DNA of 56,331 bases, counting the filler, from Blastocystis sp. subtype 4 (lineage: Eukaryota): assembly GCF_000743755.1 (NCBI RefSeq). It is 2 parts of 2 records of this genome, joined end to end, with 100 filler letters (N's around TTAATTAATTAA, not from the genome) between each part and the next. Parts side by side here need not be neighbours in the genome. Positions count along the whole stretch, not along the records: positions 28,265 to 56,331 come from NW_014569414.1; 1 more part is not named here. One strand, written 5' to 3'. A program made the translations under genes and the position numbers. The notes under the pieces are model-generated. The model saw only the letters and a list, made by a program, of their open reading frames with translations. It searched no databases and was not told the DNA's origin. Within the stretch, counting starts at the first letter, position 1. Each line of letters starts with the position of its first letter. Positions 38,346-50,514 of the stretch are shown piece after piece.

Positions 38346-40743
38346 TTATTCCTTAAAGGCATCCACACACTCCTTCGACCAGGGCTCGAAATTAGTCTTG
38401 TACTGTTGAGGATCCTTCTCATTACCCTCTCCGCACTCGACAACACGTTCAGCACCCAACTCTTCCATTCTTTCATCAAGCTGATGAGCAGCCTCACAGA
38501 ACTGCTTAAAGTTCTTTGAACCCAGACCAAACACAGCAAACTTGTGATCTTCCAGGAAATCATCGTCCAGAGAATCATCACTCAAAGCCTCCCAGAACTC
38601 CTGAGCATTGCTAGGGAACTCTCCGGCTCCATATGTACAGGTCATCAGAACCAGATTCTTCATATCGGGCAAAGAATCCACCTCCACCTTGTCCATGGGA
38701 ATGACCTGAGAAGCGATACCAGCCTCCTTGAACTTACCAGCCAGCGACTTAGCAGCCTTTGCTGTAGTACCAGTCTCTGTTCCATAGAGAATCGTCACAC
38801 CATCATCACCCACAGGCTCATTACTTTCAGCGGCAGCAGCAGCAGGCTCTTCCACCTTCTCGTCACGAGCACGCACATACTGAGCAGCATAGGTCGTATG
38901 AAGAAGCTCATGAGCCAAATGACTACCAGGCTTCTCAAAGAACTCACTATACAGCTTCACAATATCAGGATTCTCATGGGACTTACGCATCTTCTTCCCT
39001 GCATCAATCCTATAGATGGCATCCATTCGCTTCTGGATCGTGTCAGGGCGATTGCTGTGAGGTTGACCTCCTCCACTAATACAGCCTCCAGGGCATGCCA
39101 TCACCTCCACAAACTGCAGGTCCTCCTTTCCTGCCTTGATGTTCTCCATCAGCTCGCGCGAGTATTTACTATGCACTACAGCGCAATTCACCTTCGTTCC
39201 GTTCATATCCACTGAGAACCGTTTGATTCCATCCAGACCACGGGCCTCTGTTACATCCAGCTTCTCCAAAGGCTTACCAGTCTGCAGTTCATATGCAGTA
39301 CGCAGCGCAGCCTCCATCACACCACCACTGGCACCAAATATGTCTCCAGCTCCAGAGCAAATGCCCATAGGAGAATCGAAGTCCATTTCAGCGAAGTCAG
39401 CCCAATTGAGAATACCCTTCTGCTTACAGAAATCACCCAACTCCTTGGTAGTAAGAACAGCATCTACCGTAGGAACCTTCTCATTCAACCACATCTGCTT
39501 GCGTTCAATCTCGTCCTTCTTGGCAGTGCAAGGCATTAGAGACACTAGATAGATGTCCTCTGGTTTCAGGTTCATCTTCTTGGCCCAGTAAGTCTTCACT
39601 GTGGCTCCCACCATCATGTGAGGAGAACGGCAGCTGGAGAGATTGGGGATCAGTTCCGGATAACACTTTTCGGCCATGTTAATCCATCCAGGACAGCATG
39701 AAGTGAACATGGGGAAAGGACCCTTGTTTTTGATACGCTCCAGCAGTTCTGTTCCCTCTTCCATAATCGTCAAATCAGCTCCGAAATTAGTATCAAAAAC
39801 GTACTGGAAACCAGCAGCCTTAGCGCAAGCCACCATCTTTCCTGTTGAAATCTCACCAGGCTCACGACCATAGTTCTCAGCAAAAGCAACACGTGTAGCA
39901 GGAGCTGCCTGCAGAACCATCACCTTACCAGCTCTCATAGCTTGCTCCACACGAGGAATGTGACTCTGCTCAGTGATAGCACCAGTAGGGCACAACACGT
40001 TGCATTGACCACAGCTAATACACTCTGTGTCCTTCAGAAGATGATGACCTGTTGGCACCACAGGGTAACCACCGTCAAGAGGATTGTTCACCAACACATC
40101 CATTCCCTGGAGCTCATGGCAAGCACGAGCACAACGCTTACAGTCAATACACTTCGACATGTCACGATGAAGAGCATAACTGTCATCACAAGACTCTGAG
40201 AGAACCTCATCCATCTCAGGAGTGTGGAACTTGGCTCTATCCATTACCTACTTAATGGGATAGTACTCGATGGTAGATGTAGTCATCAATGTCTTCAGAG
40301 CCTCATTCGAAGCAGAGCGAGCCTTAGGACTGTTAGTCCAAATATCCATACCTTCAGCAACTCTTGTTGTGCAGGAAGTCTGGATAGGGAACTCTTCTCT
40401 ACATGAATCAACCAACAAGTCTAATCAAACCCTCGAATCTCTACAACACACACTCGGCACTTGCCTAGAGATCACTAACAACAAAAATTACTTACCAAGA
40501 GGAGCCAGACGAGGATGGTGGCAAACAAAAGGCACAGGAATGCCTTGAGCCTGACAAGCCTCCAAAACGGTCATTCCTTCAGGAACCTTATATTCTGTAC
40601 CATTGATCTTGATAGAGAGCAAATTGCCTTCAGCAGCTAGGAGTCAGAAACAACGATCGAAACATACCAGCGGCAAACGAGCGAGCGGCCGTAGCCAAGA
40701 ACAGAGATCTTCCTGCAGCGAATCTGGAAAAAGAACTAAGCAT
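38346..40743 (-). CDS. hydA: [FeFe]-hydrogenase with N-terminal organellar presequence and C-terminal flavodoxin domain
   Basis: Presequence MLSSFSRFAAGRSLFLATAARSFA; [2Fe-2S] domain CHHPRL..CRVC; 2x[4Fe-4S] CIDCKRCARAC and CISCGQCNVLCP; H-cluster motifs TSCCPGW, MPCTAKKDE, EVMACPGGCISGGGQP; flavodoxin ILYGTETGTT..FAVFGLGS. Confidence 0.97.
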
Positions 40744-40957
40744 TTTAAACAACCAAAGAGACTGCGAAAAACTGAAACGTAGAACCACCGATATCTATAT
40801 TGGTGCGTCTCTGGAAATCCGTTCTCCAATCAACAATCAGTATTTCTAGTATTCCTCATAGCCGGAATTGGAAATGAATTACTCTCCTCAATATCGAACA
40901 CCAATCAAACAGCGTGTTCGACAAATCCAAAACTCGTAAGATTGTTCCCTCCTCCTC

Positions 40958-41679
40958 ATGAGTAGGTCGCCTATATCAAGAGACATGCGCTATGGAGACA
41001 GATTAATGAAACGAGTCGAGGACTCATGCTTAGAAAAGGCGCGGCAACGACGCGATGTCCATTTTGTTTGGATTATTCATTTTAGAATCGTATTCGAGCT
41101 TTAAGAAACTCGAACAGTCCGGTAGATCCCGAGAAACGATCGATCGCCCAGTAGGTTCGTACTCAGTTCAACTGACGATACAGAGATATTCTACAAGACA
41201 TCTTACTCGATGGCTCCTTCCTTTCAGACGGTTTCGGTGAAATGAGGATGTAATTCATAGAGTTGTCAAAAGATGAATATGAAGAAATGGTGAATGTGAT
41301 TGGAGATGAATATGAGTATCATTTGAATCAGCTAGGTGGAAAAGTTGAGTATGTGTGATGTGTAGTCCAAGAATATGAAGATTTACAAGAAGAAGCAGAT
41401 GTATACTATGATGAACTGCATGAAGAGTTGAATGACAGTAGGAACAGTATCATGTGTCCCTGTTGTTGTGTCGGTTTCCTGCACGAAATAGAACCGAATT
41501 ATTGTGTGTGTTCACACTGTGGAATGGATGTTCATCGGAATCCCGTGGAGCTTCGGCAACAGTTCTCATCCATCTATCAGCAACATCCTTGTCCGAGAGC
41601 GTTGCACTGTCAGTTGATTCCTTTGAAGGGTCTTCTGTTTTCGTGTCCTAGTTGTAACTTTTCTATGTTTTTAGGGTAG
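40958..41679 (+). CDS. RPAIN: RPA-interacting protein-like
   Basis: N-terminal CLEKARQRR, acidic middle, C-terminal Zn ribbon CPCC..L..CSHCG..H.C..LFSCPSCNF. Confidence 0.7.
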
Positions 41680-41715
41680 TATTCTTGTTTGATAAAACAA
41701 ACCAGTGTTTCCTTG

Positions 41716-43128
41716 ATGACCACTGGAACTGTTGTTGTTTTGGGTGATATCGGAAGGAGCCCTCGGATGCAATATCACTGTATCTCATTAGCAAATGCAG
41801 GAGTGGATGTTCGTTTGTTTCGGCTATGTGATGATTTAGGTCAATATTGTTGGATATTCAGGAAAGAGATGTTGCGAAGAGGTGGAATCGAATAAGAGAA
41901 TCACCAAATATCTTGTTGAGAGTAATCCCTTTAGTAAGCTTCCTCGAAAATTATTTCTTTTGTATGCTCCGCTGAAAGTTCTCTTTCAAGTAGTTTGTGC
42001 TCCAAGAATTGATAGTAGATCTTTCAGCTTCTCTTTCTCTTCCTTATCAAGACACCAAAACCAGATTTCTACCTTGTACAGAATCCACCGAGTATTCCAA
42101 CATTGATTGTTGTGTGGATTGTTGCCCGAATTCAGGGAGCTCGATTCATCATCGATTGGCACAACTTTGGATATACAATTCTGGGCTTATCCCTTGGTCT
42201 GAATCATCCTGGTATTGGATACTCGTCTTATAAACACTAGTTGTTACCATTGCCAAATGCATTGAGCGTTTCTTCGGTCAACGAAGTGATGGGAATCTCT
42301 GTGTCACAAAAGCTATGAAAAAGTGGTTAAAAGAGGAGTGGAACATTGAGGCATCGGTGTTATACGATCGTGCTCCTTCGATGTTCCATAAAGCCTCATT
42401 GAGTGAAAAGCATGAGTTATTTGTGAGACTTCAGCCTATATTGGACATTGATTCTTGCCTTACTGAGAAAAAGAATGGAATGATTCAGGAATGTAATAAT
42501 CGTCCTGCTGTACTTGTCAGTTCCACAAGTTGGACGCCTGATGAAGATTTCCATATTCTCCTTCATGCTCTTACACAATGTGATACAAAGTATTTTTCAA
42601 AAGATATCATGATTGTAGATTCAGAGAATCTGATGGTCTTCGGATTCTATGTATTGTCACAGGAATAGGACCATTGAAGGAATATTACGAGCATCAAATC
42701 CAGTTATTAAATTTGAAACACATCGCAATTCGTACTATGTAAGGACTATTTGGTGGGAGCTAAGAGTAGTTGGTTGGAGTACTCTGATTATCCAATTCTC
42801 CTCGGATCTGCAGATTTAGGAGTGTGTCTTCACACAAGTAGTAGTGGTTTGGATCTACCAATGAAAGTGGTTGATATGTTTGGGTGTGGTCTCCCTGTGT
42901 GTGCTACAAAGTTCAGTTGTATTGATGAATTAGTAAAGGATGGAAAGAATGGTCTTGTTTTTGTCAATGAAGATCAGTTGGCTGAACAACTATGGTCCTT
43001 ATTGGGAGACTTCCATAAGAATCCAAAGAAGCTTATAGAACTACGGAAGGGAGCTGAAGAATGTCAGCGATTGCGTTGGGAAGAGAATTGGCGCGAATGT
43101 GCAAAACCTGTAATTATGAGATCTGATT
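41716..43128 (+). CDS. ALG1: Chitobiosyldiphosphodolichol beta-mannosyltransferase; poly(A)-made stop
   Basis: [69 protein letters not shown]. In-frame T at 43128 lies 4 nt before TGTTTGGA. Confidence 0.95.
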
Positions 43129-43132
43129 CACT

Positions 43133-43148
43133 TGTTTGGATTTCAACA
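43133..43148. terminator. Back-to-back 3'-end elements, ALG1 / TRMO
   Basis: TGTTTGGA|TTTCAACA; an in-frame T lies 4 nt away on both sides. The minus-strand copy is degenerate. Confidence 0.6.
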
Positions 43149-43152
43149 ATGC

Positions 43153-44313
43153 ATGATAATAAGTTTACCCCTTCTTGTTTTAGCTTCTCAAACTCACTTG
43201 TCATTAACACTTGTTCTACATGAATCTCTTCATCTTTAGCAGAGAATAAGATAGAAAGACAGTCAAACTCAAATTCAGATAAGCGACGATCCGACCGTTT
43301 GCTCACATCCGCAGCCAACACTTCACGCAATACTACTTCCATTTCTTCTGCATTTTTGTAGAACTTGAAATGATTCTCCAACTGTTTGAGCTGATTTAAG
43401 GCCTCGTCACTGAAGGATACCCGACGCAATTCCTGTTTATGGCCAACCCAACTAATCATCGTATCACTATCCTACATCTACTCAGGAACAACAGCATTGT
43501 CAATTCGGTCAAATCCTGGGTGATAAGGCTTGATATCAAGAATTGGTGATCCATCAACAATATCTGTATCTACGGTCTATTGAACTATCGAACAATACTG
43601 GAGATGACCAAGTAGCGTTTCTTTCCCCATACATGCACTTCCTCCAACTTCACCACACTGAGACCAATAGGACAAGGACGATGAGGTGTCCGTGTAGCAA
43701 ACAGTCCTGTACTCTTTCCTCCAAGACGAGGTGGTCGCACTTTCGCCTATACTATAGAAAGAAGAGAAAAATTACAGGAAAAGTAAATCCCTTTTCTGTG
43801 ATCGAACGATGAAGTGTTGATAAATTTGTATTCATATGGAAGACAAAGAGCACCCAGATATGACTGAATTGGGTGAGATCATCAAAAGCTGGAGGAGGAA
43901 CCCACTCCTCAATCTCGATCCGAGACCGAGCATTAGGAACCAGACCGGGTTGGCGTGGAACTCCTTGACAGTGCACATAACAGGAACGAGCAAAACCAAT
44001 GGGATTGAAAACATATCCATCTCCGTCCTCTTCCTTTCTCTGTCCCTCAATCACTTTCCGTAGTTCCTTTAGATAACCAAAAGCGAGATAGAAGTACCTT
44101 TTCTGCTCGAACACGTCCAACACGTTCTGAATACCGTAAAGACTCCATTGTCTTTCTTTTTGATACTTCACTATTTACCTAAGGGTGAGAAAAAGGATTC
44201 AAAAGAACGATTGCTTTCATTGCTCTTATAGCCATGAAACCTTGTACTAACTTCAGTAGTAGATATGTAATAATAGCTGAAGAGACAAGGAGGATACTGT
44301 TTGTTGACTCCAT
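43153..44313 (-). CDS. TRMO: tRNA m6t6A37 methyltransferase TrmO/TsaA family
   Basis: [52 protein letters not shown]. 3' end is either the genomic TGA at 43064 or a poly(A)-made stop at 43153. Confidence 0.85.
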
Positions 44314-44470
44314 GAAAACAATACCATTTGTTGGTATATGAATTTAGTTTTCTGTAATGAAATATGATGATAGGACATGAATGAGAACATATTCAATGTC
44401 AATCAGATTCCTATTGGAGAGAGACAAGTAGGTGAATTGGTTGTTTGAGATTGATTTATTCATAGAGAAG

Positions 44471-46161
44471 ATGACATCTGAGGGAATCCAGACCTACATC
44501 AAAACAATTCTTATTGCCACAGTTATCAAGATTCTACTCATCCCATCATATCGTAGTACTGATTTTGAAGTCCATCGCAACTGGTTGGCCATTGCCCATT
44601 CTCTACCAGTTTCTCAATGGTACTATGATGTAGGTTACTATATGTAGTATTGATTGCAGAATACATCGGAATGGACTCTTGATTATCCTCCGTTCTTTGC
44701 TTGGTTTGAGTATCTATTATCTCAATTCGCTGGATTCTTCGATCCAAAGATGCTAGAAGTGAGATTGTATCAAGCGTTCTGTGATCCCGTAGCTTACGAA
44801 TCTCAACTATGTTAGTCCTCAAACCATTTTATTCCAACGTTTAACTGTTGAAGTAACAGACTTGGTACTTCTCTTCGCCATTGCTTTCTTCTTTGGTTTT
44901 CGAGGTGACAAGACAAAGCCATTTATTCTCTTGGCTCTTGCTCCAGGATTTCTGATTGTGGATCATATCCACTTTCAGTACAATGGATATCTCATCGGTC
45001 TATTCACTCTATCTGTGGCTCTTCTTTATCACGTACTATTCTACTCATGGATATTAACTAGGATCATCCATTAGCAGCTGCTTTTGTGTATTCTGTCACA
45101 ATGAACTCTAAACACTTGTTCTGTTTTCAAGCTCCTATATTTCTGGTTTATATGCTTTGTACCTATTGCATTTCCACCTCCAAACAGTTTCAATGGAATC
45201 ATTTCTTTCAATTAGGTTGTATTGTTATTTCAGATATGTTTATTCTGTTGTTCTTATTTCTAGTATTCTTTGCTTCACTCTTTCCCGTTCTCAAAGGTGA
45301 CATTCTCTCCAACTTGAAGCAATTTCTTTCTCGATTATTCCCTTTTCAACGAGGAATTATTCACAGTTATTGGGCTCCCAATATTTGGGCCATCTATGCT
45401 GGAATCGATCGTATACTTGCTTCACTATTGACATACCTCTGTCGAATGCGTGGTTTATTCTGTAAGATCCCCGTAAAGACATCCAATACAGCAAATGGAA
45501 TCGTTGAGATCGCTTCTTTTTCTGTTCTTCCAGAAATCCCCTCGATCATCACAATTCTTCTCATGTTGGGTAGTTATATCGTTGTATCCCTGTAGTTTCA
45601 TCATGTCTAGCCAATTCTCATCCAACTTTGGAAGAAACCATCTCGAGAGAATCTGATTCGTAGTTTATCTCTAACGACATTGTTGTCCTTCCTGTTAGGA
45701 TATCATGTTCATGAGAAGGCTATTCTGCCTACGATTGTGATTTGCGGGTATGGATGAAAGATGATTGCCAGGTAGATTATTGCTGGAACAGTCTTCTGAA
45801 GACGCCAAGGTGTATTGGATTTGTTCACTTGCAGGGACTGTTGGACTCTTCCCACTTCTGTTCACTCTTCGAGATGAGATCACAGAATTGCTTCTCACTC
45901 TCACCTATACAGTTATTAGTGCTGTGTGGTTGAACCTAAAATTCAATTGGAAGGATCAGATCATCATTTCAATTGTTGTATTGAGTGCAATTGGGTATTT
46001 CTTGCTTCCAGTCATGTTACCGTAAGTTTTATTGGCATTCTGAATGAGTAGATCTCTGCCTTTCCTCCCTCTCATGCTCATCTCTCTCAGTTGTGCCGTG
46101 GCGAATTGTTATGTTTTCCTTTTAATGTTCATTCAGTTTACTCACCATTCCAAATCCGATT
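44471..46161 (+). CDS. ALG8: Dolichyl-P-Glc alpha-1,3-glucosyltransferase; poly(A)-made stop
   Basis: [71 protein letters not shown]. In-frame T at 46161 lies 4 nt before TGTTTATT. Confidence 0.95.
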
Positions 46162-46165
46162 TCTA

Positions 46166-46181
46166 TGTTTATTAACAAACA
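46166..46181. terminator. Back-to-back 3'-end elements, ALG8 / kinesin
   Basis: TGTTTATT|AACAAACA. Confidence 0.8.
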
Positions 46182-46184
46182 GAA

Positions 46185-48818
46185 TCACTTGCGGAACAAA
46201 CTAGATACCATTATTCCAGGCTTGGGATCATCAGGTTCAGGAATCTCGAAATGGTTTGTTTGCTGGGTTGTAGGACTATTAATCTCGATCTTCAGATCAC
46301 GACGACGACTAATCATCAAATCATCTTACCAACAATACTTTGGACTGGGAACCACCGTACGAGGATTGGGAGGGACCGAAGGAGAAGAACGAAGAGGTGG
46401 AATGTACATACCAGGTCGAGAAGAAAGAGCAGGTGATCCCCGCGGGGATGGTGAATTGGAATGACGCGGAGGTTGTGAGATCGGGAGTGGAGGGGGTTGG
46501 ATATGAGAGGACAGTTGAGAGTTAAGAGGAGTAGGAGGCACTATGAAGGAAGAATGAGGTGAGGGTGAAGAGGGAACAGTGGGAGGAGACGAGGGAATAG
46601 CAGGAGCTAAAGATGGGAGAGCAGGGGGTAACTTCGGTGAATGAGAAGAATGCTGAGAATGAAGTGAACCATATAGCGGGAGTTTCTTGATAGAAGACCC
46701 AGAATTACGTAATTCTTCCTATTTTTCATCATTCATTATGGTGTGTACAACGTGATTAGCAGCCAATCGATCTAATAGCATTTGCTTCTGCTTCTTCAAT
46801 TCTTCCTTCTCTGTCTGAAGACTCTGAATCTGTTTCTCCATTTCTTGTACCTTCCGTTCCTTCTCCTGTAACTTCAATTCTGATTCACTCAGCATTTTCT
46901 CATAGTCATCCATCTGACCATTGATATTAGCACTGCCATCCTTCATCATTGCTATGTCTCAATCTGATTCTTCATTCTTACCCAGTTCATGTTCCATCTC
47001 TTCAATATGATTCAACACCTTCTCCACCTGAAGGTTCCCATTCAGTCCAGCTAATCATTATCTCTCCATTCCACACCTGCCTTCCATCACATCAATTTGA
47101 CGCTGTAGTCTCATGTTATCTTCCTCCACATACATTAACTGAGATCGTAACTCTTCTACCACCTTTGTCTTCTCTGCTTCAATTGCCTCGATACGTCTCT
47201 GTTGCTGCTTCTCCAGCATCTCAAATGAAGTCCGCATATCAGACTGAACTGGATCCTCTTCTTGTGCCTTTCGCTTCGTGATCTCAGCCACAATTTCACG
47301 ACGAACATTGTATTCTGTTATATCAATTGCTTGCTGGATCTCTTCATCTCGCTTCTCACGTAGAGTACGTAATTCTCGTTCTCTGTCCGTTAGCAAGCGT
47401 TTCAATCGATCCACTTCATCCGTCTGTAAAGGTCGAATCGATACAGTGTTGGTCGTTGTTTCTCCTTCCTATTCATGATACCCTTCCATCATTCATACAG
47501 CACCAAGACGTCGACCACCTGCGGTACGAAGTGGAGGAGGCTTGCTATCAACTCTAGTTCATCAACCACATTTCAATCATACCGAGTCTGCACAGTCTTA
47601 ATATTCTTAACAATAGTCGTCTGTTCCAACACGTAAAACGTCTCATCGAAATCAACACGATCACTACTAATATTGAGAATCATATGGACAGGTCCAGCTA
47701 AACTGCCTATGATTGATGTCTAGAAATCAGAAAGAGAATAAGAAAATACAGAGAGGAGATGAGTAAGTTTGCAATTGCGAAAAATCATTCGCTGATTGTT
47801 CTTGCTAGGATTTACCATAGTTCGCAGACAGAGCATTAAATACAAGAGATCGGTATTAATAGCTCCAGCCTCTACCGTACGCTCACCTGTCACCTGGGTT
47901 CGAGAAACTCGCTCGCTACCAGCCAGATCCACAATACGACACGAAGCAATAATGTCCTTAGTAAACTGACGAGTACGAATCAGATTCAGTGTACACATAG
48001 TATGAGATCGAGATGAATCCAGATTCATCTTAGTCTCAGCCATATGTTTTTCCTTCGTTCCCAGTTCAATGAGTTGCATTCCTTCGGCTTTACTTTTTAC
48101 GGTTTTCTCCTACACATCATAACAACATATCCAAGCTAACAGTCAGACCAACCACATGGAGAACTCCTTGCATATCAGAACGGGCCATCAAACTTGGTTT
48201 ACTCTGACCAGAACGGATTGTTGGAGAGAGAAGGTCATAGATGTTATTCTGGTAATCTTCGAGGAAACTCATCTCCAGAGAAATATGGTCCAATTCATCC
48301 TTGAAACGATTCTTAAACTCTGGTGTTCCCATCCCATCAATGATGTAGCTCAGAGAACGTGGAATCAGGCCCGGACAACTATATGTCACTCGAAGAACTT
48401 AGTCTCACTCTCCAGGTCCCAAAACAGTATAGGTTTTACCACTACCTGTAACACCATAAGCCATAATCAAGCAACTATTTCCTTGCAGAAATCCATCAAG
48501 AAGCGGTTTAGTTGTGGTATCAAAGACTTGTTCCTAATTCTCAGACTATACACCTAAGTCGACCTGTGTAGATGCTGGAAGGAAGATATCTTGATATTCA
48601 AATTCTGCCTCAATACGACCCTTCTTGTAATTCTATCCATGACGCATATCCATCAGAAATACCTGCGAATCTTCCGGAACGGTAACCTTCAATGTTTTCG
48701 AGTCTTGAGGGTGCAAATACTCTGTGGGCTCCATCTTACCATTCTTCTGTGGTCGAATACGCAGAAACATTCGAAATGGGTGTTTCTTTTCAACTATCTC
48801 ACTTTTCTCCATCTGCAT
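46185..48818 (-). CDS. Kinesin, probably kinesin-6 (MKLP-like), with coiled coil and Pro-rich tail
   Basis: MFLRIRP, AYGVTGSGKTYT, NLDSSRSH, IVDLAGSER, EAGAINT, FRNCKLTHLL. Confidence 0.85.
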
Positions 48819-48878
48819 AAACCCAAAACTACAGTCAACAAAATTAAACAGAACCGCGGGGATTCTAACAAACAGGAA

Positions 48879-50431
48879 ATGAAGTATCCGATTTAGAAAC
48901 TGTTTTTGAACCATCCACTGTAAACGCATCGTCCATCTCATCATCGCCTAATGCATCAGTCGCTTGAGCATATACATCAGCCGGATACTCTTTCACCTCT
49001 ACAAACGGCTTCTTATCTGACTTCTTTTTACTTTCTAATACACCATATCCTTGTGCTGCAGCTTCATCAAACTGAGCTGTAGTGTTGGGAAGAGCATTTG
49101 GATTCTGATTATCAAGATCCGTTTGTGGTTGGTAAGTAGCAGGATATTGATATCCTGTCTCCTGTAATCTACTATTGTATGAATATATTATCCCTACTGT
49201 ATACCACGAGCACGTAAACCGATAATGAGAGCATCCCTATTACTACGAACAATTGACTCCTTAGCAATGGGATTAGGATCAGCAAAAGCCCAACGAATAT
49301 TGAGTACTTCTTCTCGATCCAATGCTTGTCCAGCCATAGCAACCTTTGCAAATTCAGCTCCACATCGCATTCGATAACGCACAAAAGCAATACTCAAGCG
49401 GAAAATCACATTCACCAACTCAATCTCACCCCACTCTGAGAAATGACGAGTGATAGCTTCTTTGAGATCATATCCATCGAGACGTTTGAGGCCAGCCACA
49501 TAGAGAGTACGACAATCATCATTGATAGAACCAATTCCACCCATATCCTTGCGGTGGCCTCCGAACCGTTCTCGACCAAAACAGTCATGTGACAGATCAA
49601 TCTTTGCCATATCTGCGGGAGTTGGAATTCGGTGGAAATATTCACATTCACTTCCTTTGGCACAACAACCTCGAGCAAAGTGAATGCAGAAGAAACACTC
49701 CTTTCCTTCTCGAGCAGCCTTATCAGCCCGTGTGTAGCCAGCATCATGAGCAACATTACACCGAGTTGTGGCAGGCTCACCTTGTTCCAAACCATAACTC
49801 CAGTTGTCGCCAACATAACGACCATACCAAATGTTGTAATCATTGTTGCCTTCTCGTCGTGAATGACTTGCTGCAATCGTTTCTACCTGTTTACGTGCAG
49901 GACGATTCAAAAATTGGCGGTTTTGCTTTTCATATGCAATAACGAGGTCATCGCCTGGAGCACCGCGACCATACCAACCAGTTCCTGAGGCAACAGGTCC
50001 CATTTCTTTGGGTCGTTGCCACTGTGTCTGACCAGTCACGGTATTGAAGTAATAGAGAAGATTGGATTTCGGATCGATTGCTTCCATCCACTGGGACGCT
50101 TCTCCTGCCTATGACTTATCTACAAACTACGAATTCCCAACCTGGTCTCGAACCATGGCTGTGTCCATAATTAGACCTCCTCCTCCAAGAGGTTTCTTTT
50201 CTCGACAATTGTGACAGTAATTTCCAGTTGCAAAGTTGCTATTTCCGCACTTCGGACAGATCCAGTTCTTCTCGACCACACCGAATGACTGACCAACAGG
50301 ACCGGCAATTCCAACCTATTCCAATGAGACACGACAGAAATGACAACATGAATCTCTGTTCTGGGAGGTTTTCGGATCTTTCGTTCCTCACTCTTCCATA
50401 GGTATTCATTTGGATCCATTACAGCCGACAT
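48879..50431 (-). CDS. CWC2: Cwc2/RBM22-family splicing factor with extra N-terminal RanBP2 zinc finger and WW domain
   Basis: WICPKCGNSNF..CHNC; WW YYFNTVTGQTQWQRP; RPARKQ, YNIWYGRY, DAGYTRAD, FCIHFARGCC..CEYFHRIP, DCFGRE, RRM TLYVAGL..AEFAKVAM..LNIRWA. Confidence 0.9.
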
Positions 50432-50514
50432 CTTGTGGAATATTGCTAAAAACGAACGAAGTCGCAAACACGGGAATTTCAATGTGGTGACAGTAGATTT
50501 CAAACAAACACTTT

